Counted from the first letter of the stretch, positions 29,555 to 40,799 are shown. The stretch: DNA of 64,000 nucleotides from an uncultured Oscillospiraceae bacterium (GCA_964418245.1 CAYQKW010000004.1:22-64021); one strand, 5' to 3'. Made by a program: numbers and translations. The notes: a model not told the origin generated them from the sequence alone.

Positions 29555-29844
29555 CTCCTTTTTTAGTATCTGTATAAATAACCGCCGAACACTTTAAAAA
29601 GTTGCACGATTATAATTTTTCGGCATTATACACAAGCATATTCGCCGCTTATTGTATAATTCAACAACAATCCCGTTGAATTTCGGGGTTGTACCGCTTA
29701 AATATAAATATATCATAAATTGCCCGTCATGTCAATACAATAAATTGAAAAATCGTAAAAATACCGAAACGAAATGTTCTTTTATCTGGGTCTGCTCCGA
29801 AAAAAGGAATTAATAAAAAAATTCCGTAAAATTTAAAAAAATGC

Positions 29845-29873
29845 TTGCATATTTGCATCAAATGGTATATAAT
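29845..29873 (+). promoter_or_regulatory. sigma-A-type promoter
   Basis: TTGCAT - 17 nt - TATAAT with upstream TG (tggTATATAAT), about 95 nt upstream of ORF 29968. Confidence 0.45.
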
Positions 29874-29967
29874 AGTATTATAATTGCAATGGGTCGCTTG
29901 CTGTTTTCGGCGAAAGACCGAAAGGCACGGCGTTGCCGCTTATTGAAAAAACAGGAGGTTATGAAGA

Positions 29968-30351
29968 ATGTTCAATATTGATATGGATAAGATAAAAGAA
30001 AAAACACAGACATTCAAAGAAGTTGCATCGGAAACATTTGTTAAAACCGTTAATGCCGCGGAACGTGCCGCGGTTTCCGCAAAAGCCAAATTCAAAATAA
30101 CGTCAAAAGAAATGGATATAAAAAACGAATATAAAGAAATCGGTAAAATCGTTTATTCCGCGTATAAAGAAGATATTGAGGCAGATAACGAAAAAATTGC
30201 CGAAAAATGTGCATTAATCGATAAGCTCAACGCGGAAATCGAAGATTTGAAGGCTTCGGTTTCGGATAAAACCGACGAAACCGACGAACAGAACGTTGTT
30301 TCGGTATCTGAAATCACAGAGGACACAGTGGAGTTTGAAGACGAAAAATGA
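29968..30351 (+). CDS. hypothetical acidic coiled-coil protein
   Basis: 127 aa, Lys/Glu-rich, predicted helical. SD AGGAGG lies upstream. No recognisable family. Confidence 0.4.
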   Translation: MFNIDMDKIKEKTQTFKEVASETFVKTVNAAERAAVSAKAKFKITSKEMDIKNEYKEIGKIVYSAYKEDIEADNEKIAEKCALIDKLNAEIEDLKASVSDKTDETDEQNVVSVSEITEDTVEFEDEK

Positions 30352-30382
30352 TTTTACGGCTCCTTAAATTTGAGGTGAAAAT

Positions 30383-31354
30383 GTGCAAAACACAAGAAAA
30401 ATTTTTAAAGCGGAAATAGATTTTTTAAATACGCTGTTGTGTGCATTTGTTGTGCTGATACATCTTTTTACGCCTGAAATGCTGAAAAATACAATATTTT
30501 ATATATTGCAGAAAATTATGTTTTTTGCAATATTCGGTTTTGTATTTCTTTCGGCGGTAAAGTTTTTTGTGCAAAGTGCAAAACCGTGGAAAATATATGT
30601 TAAATCATGTGTCAAAAAGATAATCGTCCCATACCTTGCGGTAACGGTAATATATTTTATTGTGCTGAAAGGTATGGGTTGTTTAAATGATAATATCAAT
30701 CGTTTACCGTATCTGATTGTTACGGGCGGTCTTTCGGCGCAATTTTATTTTGTACCGATGATTGTACAGTTTTATGTTTTAATGCCGATGATACGCCGCG
30801 CCGCCGAAAAATTTCCGCCGTTATGCGTGATTTCTGCGGCGCTTGTCATTAATGTGTTTACAGTGATATTCTTTTACAAATACGGTTTTTTTAACAGGAT
30901 TTTCGGCAGGTATTTATTATGTTATGTTTTGGGAGCATATGCCGGACTTAATTATAATGCTTTTGTGAAATTTATAAAAGCCGGCACCGTAAAAATATTG
31001 TTTGTATACATCGCGTTACTGATGGTTGATTTATCGATTGATACACCGTTGACGCATCAATTAATAACGGTTATATATATGCCGACCGCCGTTTTGTTCT
31101 GGTATTCCGTATCATTGCACATTACCGAAAAAATGCAAGCTTCGGCAAGAAAATTTTTCGGTTTTGCAAACGGCATTACTTATCAGGTATATTTATGGCA
31201 CGTACTTGCCGTAATAATTGCGGATGTTGTTGCCGGTTCTTTCGATATACCGGTGCCTGTGTATTCAATTCGATTTTTTGCGGCGGCGGTATGTATTTTG
31301 GCAATAGCCGTTTGTTCGGGAGAAAATCACCGCAAAAAGATTGATGAAAGATAA
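30383..31354 (+). CDS. acyltransferase family 3 (OatA-like) membrane protein
   Basis: 323 aa, about 10 TM segments. N-terminal ...NTLLCAFVVLIHL typical of Acyl_transf_3. GTG start with SD GAGGTGA. Confidence 0.65.
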   Translation: MQNTRKIFKAEIDFLNTLLCAFVVLIHLFTPEMLKNTIFYILQKIMFFAIFGFVFLSAVKFFVQSAKPWKIYVKSCVKKIIVPYLAVTVIYFIVLKGMGCLNDNINRLPYLIVTGGLSAQFYFVPMIVQFYVLMPMIRRAAEKFPPLCVISAALVINVFTVIFFYKYGFFNRIFGRYLLCYVLGAYAGLNYNAFVKFIKAGTVKILFVYIALLMVDLSIDTPLTHQLITVIYMPTAVLFWYSVSLHITEKMQASARKFFGFANGITYQVYLWHVLAVIIADVVAGSFDIPVPVYSIRFFAAAVCILAIAVCSGENHRKKIDER

Positions 31355-31618
31355 GTCTGCCGAAGAGTTTGTAATGTTAATAAAAACTCTGCATATATGT
31401 GATTTGAATGTATATGCAGCTGTGTGGGGCGATTAAATCGCCCTTTTTTAATTAACGGCGCTGCGCAAAAAAGCTCGTTGAATATTTTTATATTCGGCAA
31501 ATGCAAATCAATACCGAAAAATCGTTGATTTTCTTAAGCTTATCACAGATTATGCATATTTACTTTTTCCGGTCGATGATATATAATATTTACATAACAA
31601 ATGAGAAAGGGTGGAATT

Positions 31619-33903
31619 ATGTTTGACTGGAAATTGGCATATGCACCGAATTATATATGTAAAAATATGAAATTATCCTCAATTGGCGATATTGAAAAAT
31701 CGGGATTCGATATAGTATCCGCACAGGTACCGGGTAATTTTGAACTTGACCTAATGCGTGACGGCAAAATCCCGGATTTATATTATTCAACCGATACGCT
31801 TGCGGCGCAGAAACTTGAAAATATGCATATATGGTATTATACCGAGTTTGAAATCGACGATATCGATTCGTATATTCATTTTGAGGGAATCGACACAATA
31901 TCCGAAATATATTTAAACGGAAAGCTTGTGTGCGAAACGGACAATATGTTTATTCCGTATGACGTATACGGCGATTTCAAAAAAGGGAAAAACGAGCTTG
32001 TTGTACACATAAAGCCCGTATGCATTGAGGCACGGAAATATGTGTCAACCGCACAGCAGTACGGGCTTAAATATAATTACGCGTCTCAATATATCAGAAA
32101 AGCCGCGCATATGTTCGGCTGGGATATTATGCCGAGGATTGTTTCCGCCGGTATTTGGAAACCTATTGCTGTAAAAAAAATAAAAAAAGATAAGTTTAAC
32201 GAAGTATATTTGACGGCACTGCGTGTCAATACCAAAACGGATACCGCGGAAATGATAGGATTTGTAAACGTTGATATTTCAAAAGATTTTATAACCGATT
32301 ATTCCGTAAAAATATGCGGAAAATGCGGTGAAAGCAAATTTGAAGTCAAAGAAACGCTGTGGCACAACAGCTATCGTTTTGCCTTTGATGTCACAAACTG
32401 CAAATTTTGGTATCCGAAAAATTACGGGGAGTCGAATTTATATGAAACAACCGTTGAATTGTATTACAAAGACGAACTGTGCGATACGTACAAACTTAAT
32501 ATCGGTATACGCACCGTGGAACTTGATATATCACCGACGGAAAGCGAAGACAAAGTCGGGGATTTTTGTTTCAAAGTAAACGGCATATGTGTATTTCTTA
32601 TGGGGACAAACCATGTTCCGCTTGATGCATTTCACTCACAGGATACAAAAAGACTTTCAAAAATGCTTGAGCTTACGGACGACATCGGTTGTAACGCCGT
32701 TCGTATGTGGGGCGGCAATGTATATGAAAACGATGATTTTTTCGATTTCTGCGATAAACACGGAATACTTGTGTGGCAGGATTTTATGATGGCGTGTTCA
32801 ATGTATCCGCGAGATTGTGAATTTGCGGAAAGGCTTGAAAAAGAAGCGGTATATCAGATAAAACGTCTGCGAAACCATGCATCGCTTGCACTTTGGGCGG
32901 GGGACAACGAATGCGATTCCGGCATGATATGCAATTCAACGGGAAATCCGAACGACAACACCATCACACGCGAACTGCTCAAACGGCTGACAGCGGCTCA
33001 CGATTTCACAAGACCGTATCTGCCGAGTTCACCGTATGTGGACGACACGGCATATAAGAACAGATTTACACTGCCGGAGGGTCATCTGTGGGGTCCGCGC
33101 GATTACTTTAAAGGTGATTTTTACAAAAACGCAAAAAGCCGATTTGCGTCCGAAATGGGGTATCAGGGTTTTCCGTCGCGCAATAGCTTGAAAAAATTCC
33201 TTAAAAATCCCGAAAAGATTTTCAAAGATGGAACGAATGTCCCAACAGAAGAATATCTGGTTCATTCCGCATCTCCCGAAGCGTCGGAAAAGTCGCCGTA
33301 TGCTTACAGAATAGGGCTAACATACAGCCAGATACTTAAGCTGTTTGACAAAGCCGAAGAAAATTTTGACGATTTGCTGAAACAAAGCCAAATTTCACAG
33401 GCAGAGGCGAAAAAGTTTTTTATAGAACGAATGCGCATAAAAAATGGGAGTGCACCGGTATTATCTGGTGGAATCTGCTGGACGGCTGGCCACAGATTTC
33501 CGATGCCGTTGTCGATTACTATTTCTGCAAAAAACTTGCATATCATTACATCAAACGTTCGCAGAATCCGTTATGCTTGATGTTCGATGAACCGCGGGAT
33601 AAAAAAATCCGGCTTTATGCAGTAAATGATTTGCAGAGGGATTTTGAGGTTAAATACAAAGTTACGGAAATGTACGGCAAAACCGTTGTCGCACAGGGAA
33701 GCAAAACCGTTCCCGGTGATTCGTCCGTGATGTTCGATTATATCGACATTGACGAAAATGAACAGAAATTTTATTACATAGAATGGGAATGCGGCGGTGA
33801 AAAACATAAAAATCATTATTGCACAAATCTTTTTGAAATAGATTACGGCGAATATTGCAAAGCAATGAAAAAATGCGGATTTGATGAATTTGAGGGGTTT
33901 TAA
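31619..33903 (+). pseudogene. glycoside hydrolase family 2 (beta-mannosidase-like), frameshifted
   Basis: GH2 sugar-binding/TIM-barrel motifs. The reading frame changes within an A-run near 33438-33444 (...FIERMRIKN | KWECTGIIWWNLLDGWPQISD...). Two ORF-track pieces, 31601-33580 and 33577-33903. Confidence 0.6.
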
Positions 33904-34865
33904 ATGAAAGAGAAATTGATTGGATTTGACATAGGCGGCACAAAATGTTCGGTAAGCTTGGGACATGAAGAAAACGGAAAGCTTATGATTGACAGCAAAA
34001 AAGTTATACCGACGGAACTTGATGTTTCGCCATATGAAATGATAGAAAAACTTTGTGGGATTGCAGAGGAATTTAATGCTTGTGCCGGCACGGTCGGCAT
34101 ATCGTGCGGCGGTCCGTTAAATTCGGAAACGGGTGTTATACATTCTCCGCCGAACCTTCGCGGCTGGGAAAATGTAAAAATCATTGAATATGTACAAAAA
34201 AGAATGAACTGCGGTGCATATATTCAAAACGATGCCAACGCCTGTGCCGTTGCGGAATGGAAATACGGCGCCGGCATCGGGATGAGCAGTCTTGTGTTTT
34301 TCACGTTTGGCACAGGGCTTGGTGTAGGGCTGATACTCAACGGAAAATTGTACGGCGGCACGAACGGTATGGCAGGCGAAGCCGGGCATATAAGATTGAG
34401 CCGTTTCGGTCCGGTCGGATACGGAAAAGCCGGGTCTTTTGAGGGCTTTTGTTCGGGAAACGGAATAGCGGAACTTGGAAAAATGTTTGCAAACGAAGCG
34501 TTTCAAACGGGCAGAAGTGTTTCGTATTGTCAAAACAAATCGGAATTTGAGGGAATACCGCAAAAAAAATTGCCGAATATGCCGAACGCGGCGATGCGGA
34601 CGCACTGAAAGTTTTTGATATATGCGCCGAAAAACTCGGTGAGGGATTAGCGGTTATAATTGATATTTTAAATCCCGAAGCCATTATACTCGGAAGTATA
34701 TATCAACGGTGCGAGAATCTGCTGAAAAAACGTATGAACGAAGTGATTGAACGAGAAGCACTTCATTATTCGCAGAGTGTTTGCAAAATACTTCCGGCAA
34801 AATTGAAGGATAATATAGGTGATTATGCCGCACTGTCGGTTGCGGTAACAAAAGGCGGAAGATAA
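33904..34865 (+). pseudogene. ROK-family sugar kinase (glucokinase/GlcNAc kinase-like), frameshifted
   Basis: N-terminal LIGFDIGGTKCSV and CGGPLN motifs. The frame shifts inside an A8 run at about 34558-34565, after which a canonical ROK C-terminus continues (KIAEYAERGDADALKVFDICAEKLGEGLAVIIDILNPEAIILGS...). Confidence 0.6.
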
Positions 34866-35101
34866 TCACGGCAAATACGGCGAAACGGTCAATCCGCTTC
34901 GCCGGACTGCATCGGCAGGTTGCGTAGACATCCTTTTTTGCTCATATTTGACAATTATACTCATCAAATATTTAAGTCGCACTTTTCATACATTTCAAAA
35001 ACGCATTCGGGTGGGCTCGGTTTATCATCAGTATTTTCTAAATTTGTGTTGCAATTTTATCTGAATTATGGTATACTGTTTTTATTGAGTAATCAAAAGG
35101 A

Positions 35102-35929
35102 GTGGATATCGTGAACGGTAAAATGCTTATGAATATCGGGGAACAGCTGAAAGACAAAGATATAATAACGGAAAAACGGCATTTTGCTTTGGGGGACGGT
35201 GCTGTTCCGCATTGGCATGATTATTTTGAATTTGAAATAATTCTTTCAGGCAAAGCCGAACATATATACAACGGCGAAAAATATATTGTTCAAAGAGGCA
35301 GTGCATATCTTTTGTCATACTGTGATTTTCATTCTTTGAAGGCACTCGGCGACTTGGATATGATTAACATACGTTTCGATGAAAATCTTGTAAATTTGGA
35401 TTTGATTCGGTATATAACGCTGAAACCGAACAGGCTGATATATAATTTCGGCGAAAATGAAACCTGCGATATATTAAAAAGTATCGGAACTGTTGAAAAC
35501 GAAATATCAAATCCCGATATATTCGGAAATGTTGTTATATCGGGGATATTATCAAATTTAATCATATCATTGCTAAGATTAACATCGGGCGAAAACAGTC
35601 AATCCGTATCCATGCTGATTCAACGTGCGACAGCTTATATAAATACGCATTTTAGGGACGAAGTTTCACTTTCTCGGCTTGCGGCATATCTTTCGGTATC
35701 CGCAAATTATCTCGGAACGCTTTTTAAAAAACATCTCGGAACATCGTTTAACGATTATCTCAACAACGTGAGGTTGAAATATGCCTGCCGATTGCTCGCA
35801 TCCTCTGATTTGTCCGTTAAAGAAACGGCATATGCTTCGGGCTTCGGGTCAACGGAATATTTTTCGTATGTATTTAAAAAGAAAATTAATGTATCACCCA
35901 CGAATTACCGTGTGCTTGTCAAAACGTAA
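35102..35929 (+). CDS. AraC-family transcriptional regulator (cupin + HTH)
   Basis: 275 aa. N-terminal cupin sugar-binding domain plus C-terminal tandem AraC HTH. Confidence 0.75.
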   Translation: MDIVNGKMLMNIGEQLKDKDIITEKRHFALGDGAVPHWHDYFEFEIILSGKAEHIYNGEKYIVQRGSAYLLSYCDFHSLKALGDLDMINIRFDENLVNLDLIRYITLKPNRLIYNFGENETCDILKSIGTVENEISNPDIFGNVVISGILSNLIISLLRLTSGENSQSVSMLIQRATAYINTHFRDEVSLSRLAAYLSVSANYLGTLFKKHLGTSFNDYLNNVRLKYACRLLASSDLSVKETAYASGFGSTEYFSYVFKKKINVSPTNYRVLVKT

Positions 35930-36009
35930 TTATTCCGTACAATCACTTGACAAATCATAAAATTTGTTGTATATTATATATATGCAGATTAGAAAGGATA
36001 TTGCTGATT

Positions 36010-36864
36010 ATGAATAAAATAAAAATATTTGCGGACAGTCCGGGGGATATTCCGCAGGAACTCGTAAAAAAATACGATATGGGATTTTTGCCCGTAGCAC
36101 TCAATTTTAACGGAAAAGACCACAGGGATTATATTGACATTACACCGCAAGAGTTTTATAAACTTCTGCCGAATATGGAAGAAATACCGACAACGTCGCA
36201 GATTCGCGTTCCGGAATTTGAAGAAGCTTTCAGGGGGGCACTTGAAGACGGATATGATACAATCATTTGTTTCACGCTTGCACAGGAAGCGAGCGGAACG
36301 TTTAATAACGCAAACCTTGCGAAAAATATGTTGCTTGAAGAATATCCGAATGCCGATATAACAATTGTTTCTGGGTCGCTTTCATATATATACGGCAGAC
36401 TTGCGGTTGAAGCGGCAAAACTTGCGTCGGAGGGGGCGGACAAAGATACAATTTTGAATGCCGTGAACGCACTTGCCGAAAACTCCGGGCATTTCTTTGT
36501 TGTAACAACTCTCAAATATCTGAAAAAAGGCGGAAGAATAAGTCCGGCGGTTGCCGGGATAGGCGATATTTTAAACATAAAACCGATACTTGCCGTCAAA
36601 AACGGACTTGTCACCGCCGTCGACAAAGTGCGCGGAAGCAAAAAGGTTATTCCGAAACTCATGTCTTTCCTTAAAGAATCGGGTATTGAGGGTGCAAAAG
36701 AAGTATATATTTTTGACGGAGCCGCCGCCGAAGAGGATATTTCTGCGGTGAAAGCGGCACTTAAAGAAAATTTCGGTATTGAAGATGTTCGCATTTCGGT
36801 TGTGGGACCGGTAATCGGTCTGCATACCGGACCGGGAATATACGGTGTGCTTTTCTTTAAATAA
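36010..36864 (+). CDS. DegV-family fatty-acid-binding protein
   Basis: MNKIKIFADSPGDIP... start, with DegV fold motifs. Confidence 0.75.
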   Translation: MNKIKIFADSPGDIPQELVKKYDMGFLPVALNFNGKDHRDYIDITPQEFYKLLPNMEEIPTTSQIRVPEFEEAFRGALEDGYDTIICFTLAQEASGTFNNANLAKNMLLEEYPNADITIVSGSLSYIYGRLAVEAAKLASEGADKDTILNAVNALAENSGHFFVVTTLKYLKKGGRISPAVAGIGDILNIKPILAVKNGLVTAVDKVRGSKKVIPKLMSFLKESGIEGAKEVYIFDGAAAEEDISAVKAALKENFGIEDVRISVVGPVIGLHTGPGIYGVLFFK

Positions 36865-36874
36865 CGGAGGAATT

Positions 36875-37543
36875 ATGTTTGATAATAAATGGGACGAACT
36901 TTTACGCGAAGAATTTGAAAAACCGTATTACCGAAGTTTGTGCGAATTTTTGACCGACGAACGCGAAAAACACAATATTTTTCCGCCGGAAGAAGATGTT
37001 TTCAACGCTCTGCGATACACGGATTATGATGATGTTAAAGTGCTTATTGTGGGTCAGGACCCATATCATGAAAAAGGGCAGGCTCACGGGCTTTCGTTTT
37101 CGGTTCGTGCGGGAATACCTCAGCCGCCGTCACTTAAAAATATATTTAAAGAATTAAACATGGATTTGGGATGTTACATTCCGAATAACGGCTGTTTGAC
37201 AAAATGGGCAAAAAACGGAGTTATGCTTTTAAACACCGTGCTCACAGTTCGCGAGGGAGAAGCAAATTCGCATAAAAACAAGGGATGGGAGCATTTTACC
37301 GACAAGGTTATATACTGCCTTAACGCACGTGAAAAGCCTGTTGTTTTTCTTCTTTGGGGGGCAAACGCCAAAGAAAAGCTTTCAATAATAACCGGGAAAC
37401 AGCATTATGTGCTTTCAACGGTTCATCCAAGTCCGCTTTCGGCAACAAGGGGATTTTTCGGATGCCGTCATTTTTCAAAAGCGAACGCAATTTTAACCTC
37501 TTTCGGTGAAACTCCTGTGGATTGGCAGATTGAAAATGTATGA
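36875..37543 (+). CDS. ung: uracil-DNA glycosylase
   Basis: LIVGQDPYH and HPSPLSA motifs. SD GGAGG lies upstream. Confidence 0.85.
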   Translation: MFDNKWDELLREEFEKPYYRSLCEFLTDEREKHNIFPPEEDVFNALRYTDYDDVKVLIVGQDPYHEKGQAHGLSFSVRAGIPQPPSLKNIFKELNMDLGCYIPNNGCLTKWAKNGVMLLNTVLTVREGEANSHKNKGWEHFTDKVIYCLNAREKPVVFLLWGANAKEKLSIITGKQHYVLSTVHPSPLSATRGFFGCRHFSKANAILTSFGETPVDWQIENV

Positions 37544-38720
37544 CGAAAAAAAAGCAATTGCGGAAAAACTTTGCCGCATATGCAGGGAACTCAATATTGA
37601 ATATTACGGTTTTGCCGACACACCTGACGGCAGTGCGGCAGTGTTTCTGTTTCCGTACAACACAGGTGTGACGCACGGCAATATATCCAAATATGCCGCT
37701 GTATGCGATTATCATATCGTAATAAAAAAATATCTGACGAAAATCGGCGATTATCTCGGTGTGCCATACAAATGCTATGCCGATGTGTCGCCTTATGACG
37801 AAGTATCGCTTGCATACCGCGCCGGTCTGGGATATATGGGTGAAAACGGACTTATCATAAATAAAAAATACGGGTCTTATGTGTTTATAGGGGAAATTGT
37901 TTTAACAGGTCTTTTTATGAATATCCGTGAAAAACCGCTCGGAACTTGTATGGAATGCGGCAACTGCAAGCAAAAATGCCCCGCCGATGCCATATGTTTC
38001 AAAGAAAGGTGCATTTCGGGAATATCGCAGAAAAAAGGCGAGCTTACAGTAACGGAAATTGAAATTTTGAAAAAAGGCAAACTTATTTGGGGCTGTGACA
38101 TATGCTCCGAGGTATGCCCGATGAATGTCAATGCCGCAAAAACCAATATTCCCGAATTTAAAAATACCGTTAAAACATCGTTATATAAAAGTGAAATAGC
38201 AGGGCTTTCGCAGAAGCGGTTTAAACAAAAATTCCCCGACCGGGCATTTACATGGCGCGGCATAAAACCGTTGCTCAGGAATATGGATATAAAGGAGGCG
38301 GTTGAAATGAAAACCGAAAAATCTTGCGGTGCGGTAATATTTAAATATGAAAACAGAGAACTTTATGTGTTGGTTATAAAACATAAAAAACAAGGACATT
38401 ATTCTTTTCCGAAAGGGCACGTTGAAGGCAGTGAAAACGAAGAAGAAACTGCAAAACGTGAAATTTTTGAAGAAACCGGGCTTAAGGTTTCTTTAGATAT
38501 GGGGTTCAGGTATATTGTTACGTATTCTCCGGCAAAAGGGGTCATGAAAGATGTTATTTATTTTGCGGCATCGCCTGTCGGCGGTGAATTGAAACCTCAG
38601 CCGGAGGAAGTATCGGAAATCAAATGGATTGCGGCAGAAAACGCATTTGACACGGTTACGTTTGATAACGACCGAAAATTGCTTTCGGCGGCATTGCAAT
38701 ATATAAACAAATTGGCGTAA
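37536..38720 (+). CDS. 4Fe-4S protein of the QueG-like/DUF1730 type, continuous in frame with a C-terminal NUDIX hydrolase
   Basis: N-terminal 255 aa with two CxxCxxC(P) ferredoxin motifs (CMECGNCKQKCP; CDICSEVCP). C-terminal 137 aa with NUDIX box GHVEGSENEEETAKREIFEETGL, preceded by an internal SD AAGGAGG + ATG at 38308. Confidence 0.5.
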   Translation: MYDEKKAIAEKLCRICRELNIEYYGFADTPDGSAAVFLFPYNTGVTHGNISKYAAVCDYHIVIKKYLTKIGDYLGVPYKCYADVSPYDEVSLAYRAGLGYMGENGLIINKKYGSYVFIGEIVLTGLFMNIREKPLGTCMECGNCKQKCPADAICFKERCISGISQKKGELTVTEIEILKKGKLIWGCDICSEVCPMNVNAAKTNIPEFKNTVKTSLYKSEIAGLSQKRFKQKFPDRAFTWRGIKPLLRNMDIKEAVEMKTEKSCGAVIFKYENRELYVLVIKHKKQGHYSFPKGHVEGSENEEETAKREIFEETGLKVSLDMGFRYIVTYSPAKGVMKDVIYFAASPVGGELKPQPEEVSEIKWIAAENAFDTVTFDNDRKLLSAALQYINKLA

Positions 38721-38829
38721 TTGCCCCAAAAGAACCAAATAAATTTTGAATCAAATTTAAAGTTGATAAAAAACCTGCCTTTAAGAGTCGGCGGCGGTTT
38801 TTGCCGTAACTCTTAAAGACAGGCATTGT

Positions 38830-40203
38830 TTATTTAAGGAACACTTCAATAACCGGTATAACCGAATTCGGTTTTATAGCCGGCAATTTGAATCCCACGC
38901 TGTTTTTATGTTCACCGTCGCCATAGCCGACAAAATCCGATATATACACAACTTCGCTGCCGTCGTGCAGGAACTGTGCATAATCTATTTTATCCGCAAT
39001 ATCCTCCATTTCAAGAAAAGCAACGGGATATTCCATAAGATGAATATAAAGTTTTTTGCCGTCTTCAGACTGCGTAAGACGTGTACCTCTCGGTGCTTTA
39101 AAGCACGGTTCAGCCATTGTACATCCGTATATCGAACGTGAATTGTATTTCATCCATTCGGCAAACACATCAAGTGCTTTTTCGGCACGGCTGTCTATGT
39201 AACCGCGTGATGTGGGACCGATGTTCATAATCATGTTTCCGCCGACGGAAACGGTGTTTATAAGCAAACCGATAAGCATTTCGGGAGATTTCCAGGTGAG
39301 TTCATCACGGTTATATCCCCAAGAACCAGAAAATGTCTGGCAAGCTTCCCAAGTGATATATTCACCTGTTTTTTCGTCTTTCATCCACTCAAGCATTTGA
39401 TACTGTTCGGGAGTACGCAAATCCTGTTCTATGTCCGTTCTGTCGTTTACGATTATATCGGGCTGCAATTTACGCACAAGCTTGATAAGCTCTTCGGAAT
39501 CCCAATCCTTCATTCCTTTTCCGCCGAAATTGCGCATCCACGGCTGATATTCACGTGCCGTGAACGAATTTTCTTTTGAAAGCGGTGTTGAATTTTTATC
39601 CGCTTCGATTTTTTCAATACCTGTATCGTATGAAAAATCAAACCAGAGAATATCTATTTTTCCGTAGTTTGTCAAAAGCTCGGTAATCTGATTTTTCATA
39701 TATTCGGTATAATTTTTCATATTTCTGTTTTTATCGAGTTCTTCGGCATTATCATCACCTCTTCTCGGATGAAGATAATCAATTGTGTAATCGGGATGAT
39801 GCCAATCGAGCAGGGAATAATAAAAACCTATACGCAACCCCTCTGCACGGAAAGCATCAACATATTCACGAACCAAATCTCTGCCTGCCGGAGTGTTTGT
39901 GCATTTGTAATCCGTATATTTTGAATCGAACATACAAAAACCCTCATGGTGTTTAGTTGTCATAACAACATACTTCATGCCGGCGGCTTTTGCTTTTTTC
40001 GCCCATTCTTTCGGGTCATACATATCGGGGTTGAAATATTTGAAATATTTATCGTAATGTTCCTCGGAAATTTTTTCGTAAGTTTTCACCCATTCGTGCC
40101 TTGCCGGCATTGCATAAAGTCCCCAATGGATAAACATACCGAATCTGTCATGGGTGAACCACGAAGTATCTCCGGGAGTTGCTTTTGTTTTGTATAATGA
40201 CAT
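38830..40203 (-). CDS. alpha-L-fucosidase (GH29)
   Basis: HDRFGMFIHWGLYA...HHEGFCMFDS motifs. No signal peptide. Confidence 0.8.
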   Translation of the reverse strand: MSLYKTKATPGDTSWFTHDRFGMFIHWGLYAMPARHEWVKTYEKISEEHYDKYFKYFNPDMYDPKEWAKKAKAAGMKYVVMTTKHHEGFCMFDSKYTDYKCTNTPAGRDLVREYVDAFRAEGLRIGFYYSLLDWHHPDYTIDYLHPRRGDDNAEELDKNRNMKNYTEYMKNQITELLTNYGKIDILWFDFSYDTGIEKIEADKNSTPLSKENSFTAREYQPWMRNFGGKGMKDWDSEELIKLVRKLQPDIIVNDRTDIEQDLRTPEQYQMLEWMKDEKTGEYITWEACQTFSGSWGYNRDELTWKSPEMLIGLLINTVSVGGNMIMNIGPTSRGYIDSRAEKALDVFAEWMKYNSRSIYGCTMAEPCFKAPRGTRLTQSEDGKKLYIHLMEYPVAFLEMEDIADKIDYAQFLHDGSEVVYISDFVGYGDGEHKNSVGFKLPAIKPNSVIPVIEVFLK

Positions 40204-40310
40204 TAAAAACACAGCCTTTCTTGTTTTTTTATTTCAGTATAACATATTTTTGATATGCCGTACATGGAAAAATATTTTTAAAATATGTACATTTGAGTAT
40301 ATTTTAAAAC

Positions 40311-40799
40311 CTATCGCCGAATAAAGTTATATTCATCGCACAGCCTTGAAAGCTCATATATAAATTCGGCGGTTTCGGGATTAAGCATAAGTATTTTACC
40401 GATAAATTCAACTTTTTTAAGAAACTTTTTATCTATCAAACTTAAATCATCGGCATATGCAACCGGACACATCGGTTCTCCGCGAGGGTCAAGAATAATT
40501 TTAAAATCGCCCTCAACCGAAATATAGGGGAGGAGCGGAAAAATCCTGCACGCAAGCGGACGTAAATCTCTGCTGCATTTGCCGCTGCAAAACATAATCG
40601 GTACGTTTTTGCCAAGCACTTTAAAATTGCTTTCTTTCGTTTCAAAATCCGCCGACATCGGTTTTTCGTGCGGAAACAAATACATTCCGCCATCACCTTT
40701 GCAGCAAGCCGCACCGCAAAGCATTCCGCAGTCTTTTTTAAACGGTGTGGCATCGCCTATTATATCGTTTATTTTTTTATAAAATACTTCGGATTTCAT
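40311..40799 (-). CDS. YkgJ-family cysteine-cluster protein
   Basis: CxxCxxCC motif (CGMLCGAACCKG). Start MKSEVF overlaps the upstream permease stop (ATGA). Confidence 0.5.
   Translation of the reverse strand: MKSEVFYKKINDIIGDATPFKKDCGMLCGAACCKGDGGMYLFPHEKPMSADFETKESNFKVLGKNVPIMFCSGKCSRDLRPLACRIFPLLPYISVEGDFKIILDPRGEPMCPVAYADDLSLIDKKFLKKVEFIGKILMLNPETAEFIYELSRLCDEYNFIRR

Noticed and set aside
29874-29967. About 95-nt structured 5' leader (gggtcgcttgctgttttcggcgaaagaccgaaaggcacggcgttgccgc) upstream of the coiled-coil ORF, considered as a c-di-GMP, c-di-AMP or other riboswitch.
   Set aside because: No match to the conserved cores I can recall for GEMM-I/II or ydaO. It has only two short generic hairpins, and the downstream gene has no ligand-related function.
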